This document shows positions 9,596 to 20,288 of a stretch of 64,000 nt of DNA, one piece after another. A program made the translations under genes and the position numbers. Numbering within the stretch: position 1 is the stretch's first letter; each line of letters begins with the position of its first letter. The stretch is from a plasmid: assembly GCF_988243305.1 (NCBI RefSeq), contig NZ_OZ547137.1. One strand, 5' to 3'. Under the pieces are notes generated by a model. That model saw only the letters and a program-made list of their open reading frames with translations. It was not told the origin of the DNA and ran no database searches.

Positions 9596-10535
9596 CCAGT
9601 GCTGTCTGTGGCGACTCCATCATCACTACTTTTTGCCCAAGATGGTGCCATGCCGTTTTTATCGAATCATAGATCAACGGGGCCCCACCACCGACAACAT
9701 AAACACGATTCACATGATGGAAATCACCGAGCTCATTGACTACTTGCTCCCCCAAACTGGCAATAGCCCCCTCAATGGTATTAAGGACCAGATCAGTTTT
9801 TGTTTCGTCATTTATAACCTGCCGAACAAAGTCCGGGTCATTACGACGTTTAATCAATTCATCTGCAACGAGGAAACTGGTATCACTGGATGCCATGCGC
9901 AATGCACTCATTGCAGCTTTCGTAACTGAAGACACACCAATGCCAGAATTACCATGAATGGCACTTACAGAGTCAAATTGACCAACGATAACACCAACAT
10001 CAAGCGTAGTGCCGCCAATATCAACTACCAGCGATTTTTCGAACTGACCAACTTTATCCACGACCAGACGAGAAAACACAGCTGGCAATGATTCAGGCAT
10101 CACATCAACGTGTTCAATGGTGAAAACATCGCCTTTATTAAGACGAATCGGCCTCATTAAATTCTCAATTTTACGCTGAATGTTGAGTTCATTTTTTTGA
10201 CACTCTTTCGTATAGAACTCACTGATAGGCAAAGTCACAGTCAATGATACAGGCTGAGGCGCTAATCCACTATTCAGTAAAGCGTGATGCACAGCTAACA
10301 GGTTAACATCCGTATATTGATACTCAATATGAGTCGTAAGAATAGATTGGTTGCTAACTTCATCATACGTGTATTTTTTACCATCCAGTTCATAGTTAAA
10401 TGTCTGGCGAATTCCTAACCCGTCAACCTTCCATCCATGACGAAATGAGTTTTGCGACAACGACTTACAGATTTCCCCATTATCATTCCATGCCAACTTG
10501 ATTGTTGTTGAACCATCATCGCAGTATACGTTCAT
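9564..10535 (-). CDS. parM: ParM/StbA actin-like segregation ATPase
   Basis: 323 aa; DDGSTTIKL, DIGGTTLD and VVGGGA actin-fold ATPase motifs. Confidence 0.8.
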   Translation of the reverse strand: MNVYCDDGSTTIKLAWNDNGEICKSLSQNSFRHGWKVDGLGIRQTFNYELDGKKYTYDEVSNQSILTTHIEYQYTDVNLLAVHHALLNSGLAPQPVSLTVTLPISEFYTKECQKNELNIQRKIENLMRPIRLNKGDVFTIEHVDVMPESLPAVFSRLVVDKVGQFEKSLVVDIGGTTLDVGVIVGQFDSVSAIHGNSGIGVSSVTKAAMSALRMASSDTSFLVADELIKRRNDPDFVRQVINDETKTDLVLNTIEGAIASLGEQVVNELGDFHHVNRVYVVGGGAPLIYDSIKTAWHHLGQKVVMMESPQTALVEAIAAFKEE

Positions 10536-10763
10536 CTATAGCCCCTTAAATACTCAATCTGAGTAAATCATTGTTTCTGGTTGCAAGGTAATACTCAATT
10601 TGAGCACCATCATAGTTATGAAATCACAAAACACAAGTATTATTTATTACATCACATGACACACTTCATATTTCATACTTCATAAATATGAACATATATT
10701 GACACCTCAGGTTACCGTGTCAAAATATCATCATACTTCACACATCACATTTATGAGGTTGCA
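10536..10763. promoter_or_regulatory. Shared divergent par intergenic region with short repeats (parC1-like centromere and promoters)
   Basis: AT-rich, repeated tactcaat.tgag and catacttca-type motifs between divergent parM and parA. Confidence 0.5.
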
Positions 10764-11408
10764 ATGATTACTGTAGTTGGTGGGAACAAAGGTGGTTCAG
10801 GGAAAACTACCATTGCATCAAACCTGGCTATTGCTCTCGCAAATAAAGGAAGGGAAGTCTGCCTGTTAAACGGAGATCTACAACGAACAGCCGCAAAACA
10901 TCATGCGGAACGAGAAGCTGCAGGACTGTTACCAGCAATAACCCTTGTTGAGAAATTTGATAACCTGACACAAACACTACAGGCTCTGAATGAAAAGTTC
11001 GATGATGTAATAGTGGATGTCGCAGGAAGAAACTCAAAGGAATTCATAACGAGTGGAGTTGTCGCACATCAAATAATTGCGCCACTACAGTGTTCTCAAC
11101 CAGATCTGGATACTCTTACAGAACTAGAACAACAGATAGACGCAATGCGTAACCTTAACCCGGAACTTAAGGTTTATTGTTTACAAAGTATGGCAACAAC
11201 CAATCCGGTTTTGAGGGGAAATGAGAGAAAAGAATTCCTTGAATATCTTGAAGAATTCCCAACAATTCAAGTCCTTGATTCAGTTATTTGTTTCAGAAAA
11301 GTCTATCGCGATTGCATGAGCAACGGCACCGGTGTAGTAGAAACGAACAATACAGCAGCCAAAGCAGAAATTGAACATTTAATGAATGAGGTATTTGGCC
11401 CATGGTGA
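10764..11408 (+). CDS. parA: ParA-family (small type Ib) partition ATPase
   Basis: 214 aa; deviant Walker A GGNKGGSGKTT. Confidence 0.8.
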   Translation: MITVVGGNKGGSGKTTIASNLAIALANKGREVCLLNGDLQRTAAKHHAEREAAGLLPAITLVEKFDNLTQTLQALNEKFDDVIVDVAGRNSKEFITSGVVAHQIIAPLQCSQPDLDTLTELEQQIDAMRNLNPELKVYCLQSMATTNPVLRGNERKEFLEYLEEFPTIQVLDSVICFRKVYRDCMSNGTGVVETNNTAAKAEIEHLMNEVFGPW

Positions 11409-11677
11409 AGAAACCCAGCCAGCAAGCATTAAACAGAGCTGCAGTTACGGTAGAACAAGCAGAGGCTCTGGCTCAGCGCCTTGCGGATAAACCATACGGC
11501 GCGCCGGAAAAACCCGAACCAGAAAAACAATGTCGGACGACAATCTCTCTTGGTGAAAGCATGCTTGTCACAATAGAAGATCTGGCATTGAGGAATAAAC
11601 GCAATGGTAAAGATCCAAAAAATGTAAGTGCCATCGTCAGAGTAGCCCTTGAGCAATACTTAAAAACACTAACGTAA
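11402..11677 (+). CDS. parB: Small ParB/ParG-like ribbon-helix-helix partition protein
   Basis: 91 aa, overlaps the parA stop; RHH-like C-terminus (VSAIVRVALEQYL). Confidence 0.6.
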   Translation: MVKKPSQQALNRAAVTVEQAEALAQRLADKPYGAPEKPEPEKQCRTTISLGESMLVTIEDLALRNKRNGKDPKNVSAIVRVALEQYLKTLT

Positions 11678-11814
11678 TAATCAATAAGTTATTACTTATG
11701 AAATCACACTTGTGAATTCATACTGTTTAAGCACCCTTGCATACAAGAGATCACATATTGCAGTGGTCTCTTTTTTTACAGAATAAATCACAATTCATAA
11801 TTATGATTTATGAA
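11678..11814. promoter_or_regulatory. Repeat-rich region downstream of parB (parC2-like)
   Basis: Repeated aatcaca / tgaattcata / ttatgaattatg motifs. Confidence 0.3.
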
Positions 11815-12624
11815 TTATGCGTGTCTGTTTTTCAGCATTGTGACCGCATCGGACTCAGGCATCGAAAACTGCACCCGGTGCCGTGCAGCCACATCCAGCG
11901 CAAACACCTTCGTGTAGACCTCCGTTGAGCTGATGGACTTATGCCCCATTAGGCTCTGCAGGACCTTCAGTGGTATACCGGCATACAGCATGTGCATCGC
12001 ATAGGAATGGCGGAACGTATGTGGCGTGACCGGGACAGAGAACGTCACACCGTCAGTAGCAGCGGCGGCAACCGCCTCCCCAATCCAGGTCCTGACCGTT
12101 CTGTCCGTCACTTCCCAGATCCGCGCTTTCTCTGTCCTGCCTGTTCGTTTATTACGCCGTTCCAGAGGAACTTTCAGTGTTGCCACCATCGTCTGCAGCT
12201 GACTGACGTACCAGGAGTCGGAGAGCGGAACCAGCCGGTGAGTCTGCTGTCCGGCAGGCGTTCTTCCTGCCGTCCTGGCGGCTTTTTCGGTCCGCTGCTT
12301 CAGAGTGGCCAGCTGCACAAACGGATACGGAGGCGCGAGCGAAAAATCCCCCCGCGTCAGCGCCAGTGCTTCATTAATGCGCGCACCGGTGTTCCACAGT
12401 GTAGCCAGCAGCATCTTGCGGCGCAGATCCGGGACGTAATGGAGCAGGGCACTCACTTCCGGAGCCAGCAGATATTTCGGCAGTTCATCATGAACCATCG
12501 ACATCTGGCGAAGTGCCAGAGCTGCCGGATAATCAATGACAACAGGAAGTTGTGGAGACTGTCCGGCAGAATAAACTGCCGGTACCCTGGCTGCAGACTG
12601 GCTGTGTATAACGGAGCCTGACAT
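11815..12624 (-). CDS. resD: Tyrosine recombinase ResD (F-plasmid multimer resolvase)
   Basis: 269 aa; integrase-family catalytic region (HTFRHSYAMHML) and immediately follows ccdAB as in F. Confidence 0.8.
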   Translation of the reverse strand: MSGSVIHSQSAARVPAVYSAGQSPQLPVVIDYPAALALRQMSMVHDELPKYLLAPEVSALLHYVPDLRRKMLLATLWNTGARINEALALTRGDFSLAPPYPFVQLATLKQRTEKAARTAGRTPAGQQTHRLVPLSDSWYVSQLQTMVATLKVPLERRNKRTGRTEKARIWEVTDRTVRTWIGEAVAAAATDGVTFSVPVTPHTFRHSYAMHMLYAGIPLKVLQSLMGHKSISSTEVYTKVFALDVAARHRVQFSMPESDAVTMLKNRHA

Positions 12625-13150
<526 letters not shown>

Positions 13151-13815
13151 AGCACACCTCTTTTTGACATACTTCTGGTATGCATATCAGTATATATTCT
13201 TATGCCGCAAAAATCAGCGCGTTAATACACATACTGTTATCTGGCTTTTAGTAAGCCTTATTTATTTTTCCTTGAATTATGTTAACCAATAAAAATTAAA
13301 ATCAGACTTATAAAAACAAAGCTTAATTATCGAAGGACCATTTCCGGCAGATCCGATTTTTCTGTTATTGACGGGTTTCCGGAAGTGTACCACACTGAGG
13401 AAATCATCATATCGCTGTTTTCCGCCCCTGCGCGACGCATCACAGGTCAGGGAGATGACACAATATATAGTGTCATCAGCAGCTGAATCCGGCACCACAT
13501 GTTGTGCTTACAGGAGATGGCGTTGTGTGGGGGGAGAGGAAGATCCTGAACTTACTTTTTTCGGATCTCTGGAAAAGAAAGGAGTGAGGGATAAAAACTG
13601 ACATTATTAAAAATATAAAAGCAATGCTTAAAAAGCATAAAAGCAATTTTTGTAATTACTACTAGTACTACAAGAAGAATCTATAGTTTGAGGCGGCGTT
13701 CATGGCGGTGATCGAGCCGGACACGATTCCGGCATTAGCTGAGCTACTCACACTGAACGGGGATCTCTTACGCGTAGACCGGCTGCCGTTCTTCTCAGAG
13801 AAGCGGTAGCCGTGG

Positions 13816-15624
13816 CTAAAGCATTAGATCTTCAAAATTCAGCGTATGGCTGTGCGGCTTTTTGCGGAAAGACAGCTCGTTTATACGAAGCTTAAGTGGC
13901 ATAGGGCAGATCACGCCACTGAATATGCAGGTGCCGGTTGCAAGCGTTGGAATAGATTCTTCAGTCATGCGGTCTATATAGGAAACGGATTTTTCAATAG
14001 CATACAGATCGTTCTGATTTATCAACCGGTGAATGAAATAGTTATGTGCCTGAGAAATGATAGTCGGGGAGATATCGTTTGGTCGCTGACTGGATATCGT
14101 CACAAAGACGCCAAATTTTCTGCCCTCCTTAATTATCTCTTCAAACGTTTCGAGCCGATAATCCTTCCAGCTTTCTGATTCCCTGAACGAGGTGTTCGAA
14201 AGGATATTGTGTGCTTCGTCTATGATGAGATGGAGAGTGGACGGTACCTTATCCATTTTTTTTGCTGAATAGGCCCATTTGGCCATTAAAAGTGGTAGCG
14301 TTTTTTTCATGGTCAGATTGACCATATTAAGGTTCAGGACAACAAAGTTCGTTTCTGCCCAGATGGTTCCGCCGGACGCAGTATTGAAAATTTTACGAGT
14401 ATCTTTTTTCAGTCCGCTCATTCGATTGATGACAGGAGAAAGATGTTCAGGATTTGAGCGACTTGAAAGATATTCAATAATTAGCTGAACATACATATAG
14501 TCCAGCAACTCTTCCATTATATCGTCGGGAAATTCATAATTCTGAGCCATCTGGTACATATTGCACTGATGAGTATTTTCTTCATTAGAAAAGTAAACGC
14601 CTGTCTTGGTTCGCCATACGCCGCCGTTGTTATAAAAAAATTCAATATCTGCTATCAGATCTTCGTCCTTCAGTACAGGACGGAATAAATCAATCAGGTC
14701 GTCACTTTTTTTCTTTTCGCAACCAAACAGAGTTTCGGTGACCCGCCGTTTCAGAATTTCACGAAAATATGACTGAGGGTTCAGCTTCGACTCCACTCGC
14801 TTTTTGAATTCAAGCACTCGCTTCAGAAAAGGTTTCTGCGTTTTGTCGGTGGCATCCGTCAGGACAGAGATAATCTCATGCTCAAGCAGTATCTCAGCAG
14901 GCATCGGAATGCGATCACCCTCTTCATCATGCGTGCTAAGATTATAAACAACCTTGTCGCGCGTAATGCAGCTTCTCCCACCATATTCACCATTGAAATC
15001 AAATAAAAGAAACCGTGACCGACTTCTGAATCCTTCGCCTAGTAGGTTTTTCAGGGCCTCATAGCCATGCTGATAAAGCGCGGCCAGAGTATTGGACTTG
15101 CCGCTGCCAGTATTACCGAAGATGGCGATGTGTGAGTTGAGAAGGCCGCTTATCGGGAGAGTGATATCAATATCTTCGAGATCGGTGCGCGAAAAATTCA
15201 GCCCGGACTCGCCCGCTGGCGCGATCGAGTGGATAAGATGAAGTTGTTCCTCAGACATCAGAAAAACTTCATTGCCGATAAGGGGCAACTCGCGAGTTCC
15301 ACCAGTAAAGCGCCCGTTCCGGTCAATATAGCCTGCCAGTGAGGCTGTAAGATAGCGGCGGAAGCGAAGCGAATCGCTTCCGCTACCAACAGGTGATTTT
15401 TCCTCGACAATCTTCTCGGTTTCTACCTTTGCAATCAGACTCATGAATCCTTTTTTGACTTCGATGAAACTACCTACTGAAACATTTTTGAGCACCTTAC
15501 CGTGATAAAAAAGATCACTCAGATTTTTATTTTTATCGACAAGCACACTGAGTGTTCTGCCCGATACTTCACGAACCTCACCGATCCTTAATACTGCTTC
15601 TTCGTTAACAAAAGCGGAGGTCAT
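13816..15624 (-). CDS. herA: HerA-like (FtsK/HerA superfamily) ATPase of a SIR2-HerA defense pair
   Basis: 602 aa; Walker A GNTGSGKSN and Walker B LHLIIDEAHN; start overlaps the SIR2 stop (ATGA). Confidence 0.75.
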   Translation of the reverse strand: MTSAFVNEEAVLRIGEVREVSGRTLSVLVDKNKNLSDLFYHGKVLKNVSVGSFIEVKKGFMSLIAKVETEKIVEEKSPVGSGSDSLRFRRYLTASLAGYIDRNGRFTGGTRELPLIGNEVFLMSEEQLHLIHSIAPAGESGLNFSRTDLEDIDITLPISGLLNSHIAIFGNTGSGKSNTLAALYQHGYEALKNLLGEGFRSRSRFLLFDFNGEYGGRSCITRDKVVYNLSTHDEEGDRIPMPAEILLEHEIISVLTDATDKTQKPFLKRVLEFKKRVESKLNPQSYFREILKRRVTETLFGCEKKKSDDLIDLFRPVLKDEDLIADIEFFYNNGGVWRTKTGVYFSNEENTHQCNMYQMAQNYEFPDDIMEELLDYMYVQLIIEYLSSRSNPEHLSPVINRMSGLKKDTRKIFNTASGGTIWAETNFVVLNLNMVNLTMKKTLPLLMAKWAYSAKKMDKVPSTLHLIIDEAHNILSNTSFRESESWKDYRLETFEEIIKEGRKFGVFVTISSQRPNDISPTIISQAHNYFIHRLINQNDLYAIEKSVSYIDRMTEESIPTLATGTCIFSGVICPMPLKLRINELSFRKKPHSHTLNFEDLML

Positions 15625-16211
15625 TTCATACCTCCAAGAAAGCTGGTTATAATTTCATTCATCTTTTTGAAGTCCAATGGGGCTCCAGGAGTAAAAACCA
15701 CATCAACATTGGAATAATCACGGAATTTATCAAGGAATAGGTCTTTAGCCGCCTCATTGTAAGCGAATATAACAATTTTGAGCGTGGCGTTTCGCAGTGC
15801 TTTCTTGGTAAGAGTTTCAATATGCTCATCCGCAAAAGAAAATCCGAAAACTATAAGCAAAGAGCCTTCTTTATCCAGCTCATTTGAATAAGTCCGTAGC
15901 AGGTCGTAATACACGTTTTCAAGTAAGGTTTCACGAAATTTATCCTTTCGCGGCAGAACCAGTTGATGTGACATAACCCAGTCCTGCTTCTCCTTTGGTG
16001 TATTGAACGCAACTGGCTTCATATCCTTAATGGAATAATAGATTTCCTTATCATAGCTATGCCAAGAAAGGGAACCATGCAGCTTGATGAGATTCACCGT
16101 AGGTAGTTCCACGCTGTAATTATAAAGGTTCCCGGTTGCGTGTATGGTCTGATAAAAACATTTGGTATCGAATACTGTCCGGTTGTAAATATCGGCGCGC
16201 TGACGGAATCC
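15621..16211 (-). pseudogene. SIR2-like NADase gene, 3' fragment (interrupted by IS3)
   Basis: KLHGSLSW and LIVFGFSFADEHI SIR2-type motifs; the reading frame stays open upstream to the IS3 boundary at 16211. Confidence 0.75.
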
Positions 16212-16267
16212 TGATCTTACCCAGCAATAGTGGACACGCGGCTAAGTGAGTAAACTCTCAGTCAGAG

Positions 16268-16576
16268 GTGACTCACATGACAAAAACAGTATCAACCAGT
16301 AAAAAACCCCGTAAACAGCATTCGCCTGAATTTCGCAGTGAAGCCCTGAAGCTTGCTGAACGCATCGGTGTTACTGCCGCAGCCCGTGAACTCAGCCTGT
16401 ATGAATCACAGCTCTACAACTGGCGCAGTAAACAGCAAAATCAGCAGACGTCTTCTGAACGTGAACTGGAGATGTCTACCGAGATTGCACGTCTCAAACG
16501 CCAGCTGGCAGAACGGGATGAAGAGCTGGCTATCCTCCAAAAGGCCGCGACATACTTCGCGAAGCGCCTGAAATGA
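16268..16576 (+). CDS. insE: IS3 transposase OrfA
   Basis: [32 protein letters not shown]... matches IS3 OrfA as recalled. Confidence 0.9.
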
Positions 16577-17439
16577 AGTATGTCTTTATTGAAAAACATC
16601 AGGCTGAGTTCAGCATCAAAGCAATGTGCCGCGTGCTCCGGGTGGCCCGCAGCGGCTGGTATACGTGGTGTCAGCGGCGGACAAGGATAAGCACGCGTCA
16701 GCAGTTCCGCCAACACTGCGACAGCGTTGTCCTCGCGGCTTTTACCCGGTCAAAACAGCGTTACGGTGCCCCACGCCTGACGGATGAACTGCGTGCTCAG
16801 GGTTACCCCTTTAACGTAAAAACCGTGGCGGCAAGCCTGCGCCGTCAGGGACTGAGGGCAAAGGCCTCCCGGAAGTTCAGCCCGGTCAGCTACCGCGCAC
16901 ACGGCCTGCCTGTGTCAGAAAATCTGTTGGAGCAGGATTTTTACGCCAGTGGCCCGAACCAGAAGTGGGCAGGAGACATCACGTACTTACGTACAGATGA
17001 AGGCTGGCTGTATCTGGCAGTGGTCATTGACCTGTGGTCACGTGCCGTTATTGGCTGGTCAATGTCGCCACGCATGACGGCGCAACTGGCCTGCGATGCC
17101 CTGCAGATGGCGCTGTGGCGGCGTAAGAGGCCCCGGAACGTTATCGTTCACACGGACCGTGGAGGCCAGTACTGTTCAGCAGATTATCAGGCGCAACTGA
17201 AGCGGCATAATCTGCGTGGAAGTATGAGCGCAAAAGGTTGCTGCTACGATAATGCCTGCGTGGAAAGCTTCTTTCATTCGCTGAAAGTGGAATGTATCCA
17301 TGGAGAACACTTTATCAGCCGGGAAATAATGCGGGCAACGGTGTTTAATTATATCGAATGTGATTACAATCGGTGGCGGCGGCACAGTTGGTGTGGCGGC
17401 CTCAGTCCGGAACAATTTGAAAACAAGAACCTCGCTTAG
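16573..17439 (+). CDS. insF: IS3 transposase OrfB (DDE)
   Basis: 288 aa ending ...[14 protein letters not shown]; overlaps orfA in the usual frameshift arrangement. Confidence 0.9.
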
Positions 17440-17469
17440 GCCTGTGTCCATATTACGTGGGTAGGATCA

Positions 17470-17991
17470 TCCATCATTCAGAATGACGTTGTTATTTTTA
17501 ACCGCTGCATCCTCAATGAACAAATCATAGTTAGTCGTAAAGAGGTTGATACGCCGCGGTAGCAATCCAGTCCGCCGCCTCGTCAGAAGCATTTCTAATG
17601 CACGCATGAGCTTCGCGTAGTTGTTTTGTGTCGATACGACATCATCTATTAAAGTAGGAAGGATTACCTCTGCGGGCAAGCTTCGCTTCAGGAGGACGTT
17701 GTTTGCCTTCCATACATTGTCCAGAAAAGACTCAGATTTACTGAAGTATTCATCATCCTTTCCGGCGCGGACCAGAGCCTCAAGCTCGCTTTCAATATCA
17801 CCTAACACGCTGATTGCAGGCAGCGATGCTCCTGAGCCAATGATGAAATTGATGTTTGCTGATTGAAATATGCGCTCAAAATATTCACGATCTCTGTCCT
17901 GCCCGTAGTAAGCCCGATAAGTCGCCACGCTGTGCCTTTCCTTAAATATCGTAGATAAGATGTATCTTACATGTTTCAACAAGTGATGCAT
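17470..17991 (-). pseudogene. SIR2-like NADase gene, 5' fragment (interrupted by IS3)
   Basis: NFIIGSGASLPAISV and NLFTTNYDLFIEDA SIR2-type motifs; the ORF runs into the IS3 right end. Confidence 0.75.
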
Positions 17992-18109
17992 CCTGTTTAA
18001 ATTTCATTCTCTGACTCATATACAAACGCAGCTAAACGAATCAGGTAGGTAGTTTCATTGCTTCCGGCTTCACCAGAAACCGGATCTGACCTAGAAAAGA
18101 GAAAGAGTG

Positions 18110-18185
18110 TATGTAAGTTCTGTACTGTATGTATGGTATGTATGAATTGTATTGTATGTATTATTTGTATTGTATGTATTGTGTA
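18110..18185. repeat. TGTA/TGTAT-rich low-complexity repeat tract
   Basis: tgtatgtatggtatgtatgaattgtattgtatgtattatttgtattgtatgtattgtgtatt lies just upstream of the kfrA-like gene. Confidence 0.8.
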
Positions 18186-18239
18186 TTTTTCATACCGGGC
18201 GTACGATGGCGCCATTCCCTGAGAAACCGGAGCCAGACC

Positions 18240-18851
18240 ATGACATCCCTCTCCCCGGACACCGTCCGCCGCATTGAAGACGCCGCCGCCGCCCTGATCG
18301 CCGCCGGCACCCCGAACCCGACCAACGAGCAGGTCCGTCAGCACCTCGGCGGCGGCTCGCTGTCCCACATCTCCCCGGTGATGCGCGCGTTCCGCGCCCG
18401 CCAGCGCGAGCAGGCCACTGAGCAGGCCACGCCCCTGCCGCCGGAGCTGGCGCAGCTGCTGACCGGCCAGCTGGGGCTGCTGTGGCAGGCGGCCGTGAAA
18501 CAGGCTGAAGCCGGGGCCCTGGCGGCGCGCGAGCAGGCCGACGACGACATTGCCCGGGCCGACAAGGAGCGGGATGAGGCGCTGGCGAACGTGGCCGCGC
18601 TGGAAAGCGAGCTGGCGGTGCTGCGCGAGGTGGTGGCCGAACGTGACCGCCTGCTGCAGGAGGTACGCGAGCTGCGCGCGGAAGCGCTGCCGCTGCGCGA
18701 GCAGGTGGCCCGCCTGACCGCCACCGGCGAACACCTGGCGGCGCAGCTGCAGGACACGAAGGCGGAGCTGAAGGAAGCCCGGGAGGACGGCCGCCAGCTT
18801 CAGACCGAACTGCTGGCTCTGGCCCGCCAGGACGGGAAGGTGAAGAAATGA
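18240..18851 (+). CDS. KfrA-like DNA-binding / coiled-coil protein (KfrA_N-type N-terminus)
   Basis: MTSLSPDTVRRIEDAAAALIAAGTPNPTNEQVRQHLGGGSLSHISPVMRAFRA then an Ala/Glu/Leu-rich coiled coil; visibly GC-rich; ATG at 18240. Confidence 0.6.
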   Translation: MTSLSPDTVRRIEDAAAALIAAGTPNPTNEQVRQHLGGGSLSHISPVMRAFRARQREQATEQATPLPPELAQLLTGQLGLLWQAAVKQAEAGALAAREQADDDIARADKERDEALANVAALESELAVLREVVAERDRLLQEVRELRAEALPLREQVARLTATGEHLAAQLQDTKAELKEAREDGRQLQTELLALARQDGKVKK

Positions 18852-19468
18852 GACAGGAAAGAGTATTACGTATAAAGGCATTTCGACGGGCACTGGAGCT
18901 TGGTGGCGGTGAACGGGCTGACGGGTGTCGTCATTTTCCCCGCTGGAAAACGGAACTGAGGAATTTCCCGCACGGCAGCTGCGATTTAGCCAGCAATACT
19001 CTGGCGTACTACCTCAAGGAACGAGAGAGATGCCATCCGTGCATCATTTTTATGGAAGGGAACGCTGGCTTTCATGAAGCGGAAAACTCAACAGTTCACG
19101 GGCATGTCATCGTATTGCTGGACGGAGAGTACATCGATTTGACGCTGGATCAATTCGACGAATATCCGGACTACATTCCTTACGAACCAGTCGAATCTGA
19201 CGGGCAGATTGGTAAGCTGTTGCGTAATATCATGAAGCATGAGGACCAGGTAAAAACCCGCCAGATTGATCTCGATGGTGGCGAAGAGCTGTATGCCTGG
19301 TTACGCGATACCGCCGACGAAGTGCTGGCAGCAGATCCGGAATGGCAGGCCCGGGAACGGTCGATAGAAGAAGCAAGGGAAGCCGCTATTACGGTGTTCC
19401 CGTTTCTGTCTGACGTGCAAAAAACTGAGTGCGAACAGGGCCCGGACAGTCAGGAGGCTGCCAGATGA
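18848..19468 (+). CDS. Hypothetical protein (206 aa), no family recognised
   Basis: Start overlaps the upstream stop (ATGA) and its stop overlaps the next start (ATGA), indicating translational coupling. Confidence 0.5.
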   Translation: MRQERVLRIKAFRRALELGGGERADGCRHFPRWKTELRNFPHGSCDLASNTLAYYLKERERCHPCIIFMEGNAGFHEAENSTVHGHVIVLLDGEYIDLTLDQFDEYPDYIPYEPVESDGQIGKLLRNIMKHEDQVKTRQIDLDGGEELYAWLRDTADEVLAADPEWQARERSIEEAREAAITVFPFLSDVQKTECEQGPDSQEAAR

Positions 19469-20253
19469 AGATTTATCATTACACTGACCTGAACGGCCTG
19501 AAGGGCATCATCGAATCAGGCTCACTGTGGGCGACGCACTTTTCCTTTCTCAATGACAGTAATGAGCTGACTCACGGCATGAACTGCCTTGAGAATGCCC
19601 TGCAGTACCTGAGGGACGACTTTAACCCGAAAACCCTTAAGTTCATCGAACAGGCACTGACGCACTTCAGAATGCACCGGGCAGCTCACGTCTATAACCT
19701 TTCGTTCTGTCTCGAACCCGACCTGTTAAGCCAGTGGCGGGGTTATGGGAGCTCTCAGGGCGTGTGCCTGGAATTTGATGATGAAGAGCTGCTTGCCTCG
19801 CTGGAATTAACTCATTATCAGGTGTTTAAAAACCGGGTACTCTATACCAAAGAGGATTCCACGGTTGAAGCCCGGAACGAAATCCTCGCCTTCTTTCGTC
19901 AGCCACATGTTCAGGCGGCAATAAATGCAGATGTAATGCATGAGATGATTCAGGCAACCAGACTGGCACACAGCCTGCCGCCTTTTTTCAAGAATGACGG
20001 TTTCCAAGAGGAGCAGGAGTTCAGGATGGTAATCCTTCCGGAAAGCCCTTTTGAGGGTGTCAATTTTCGTGTCAATGACAGCGGTCTGGTACCATATCTG
20101 ATCATTAAAGCAAAAGACAAGCTGCCACTGACAAACGTCAGAATTGGTCCCCGCAGTAACAGAGCAATGATGATGGACGGGATTTCATTCCTGTTGCAGA
20201 GCAGGGGGTATACCAGTACACGGATTTCGTTTACTGAGACGCCGTTCCGGTAA
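19465..20253 (+). CDS. DUF2971-like protein
   Basis: N-terminus MKIYHYTDLNGLKGIIESGSLWATHFSFLNDSNE fits the DUF2971 signature as recalled; AGGAGG ribosome-binding site before the ATG at 19465. Confidence 0.6.
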   Translation: MKIYHYTDLNGLKGIIESGSLWATHFSFLNDSNELTHGMNCLENALQYLRDDFNPKTLKFIEQALTHFRMHRAAHVYNLSFCLEPDLLSQWRGYGSSQGVCLEFDDEELLASLELTHYQVFKNRVLYTKEDSTVEARNEILAFFRQPHVQAAINADVMHEMIQATRLAHSLPPFFKNDGFQEEQEFRMVILPESPFEGVNFRVNDSGLVPYLIIKAKDKLPLTNVRIGPRSNRAMMMDGISFLLQSRGYTSTRISFTETPFR

Positions 20254-20288
20254 ATTCAGTTAAGAAGCACAAACTTCTAGGGATCAGT

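Larger units (their letters stand above)
16212..17469 (+). mobile_element. IS3 (IS3 family), apparently complete
   Basis: Termini tgatcttaccc ... gggtaggatca; orfA and orfB present; 3-bp direct repeat TCC at 16209..16211 and 17470..17472. Confidence 0.9.

Noticed and set aside
13151..13815. Small ORFs 13277..13498 and 13368..13601 between ccdA and herA
   Set aside because: AT-rich intergenic region with overlapping opposite-strand ORFs and no motifs; more likely the ccd promoter/operator and recombination-site region, which I could not pinpoint from memory.
17997..18893. 298-aa minus-strand ORF, and the 139-aa ORF 18338..18757
   Set aside because: Antisense to the GC-rich kfrA-like gene; Ala/Arg/Gly-rich low-complexity translation typical of a GC-rich antisense strand, and the N-terminal part is just the TGTA-repeat tract translated.
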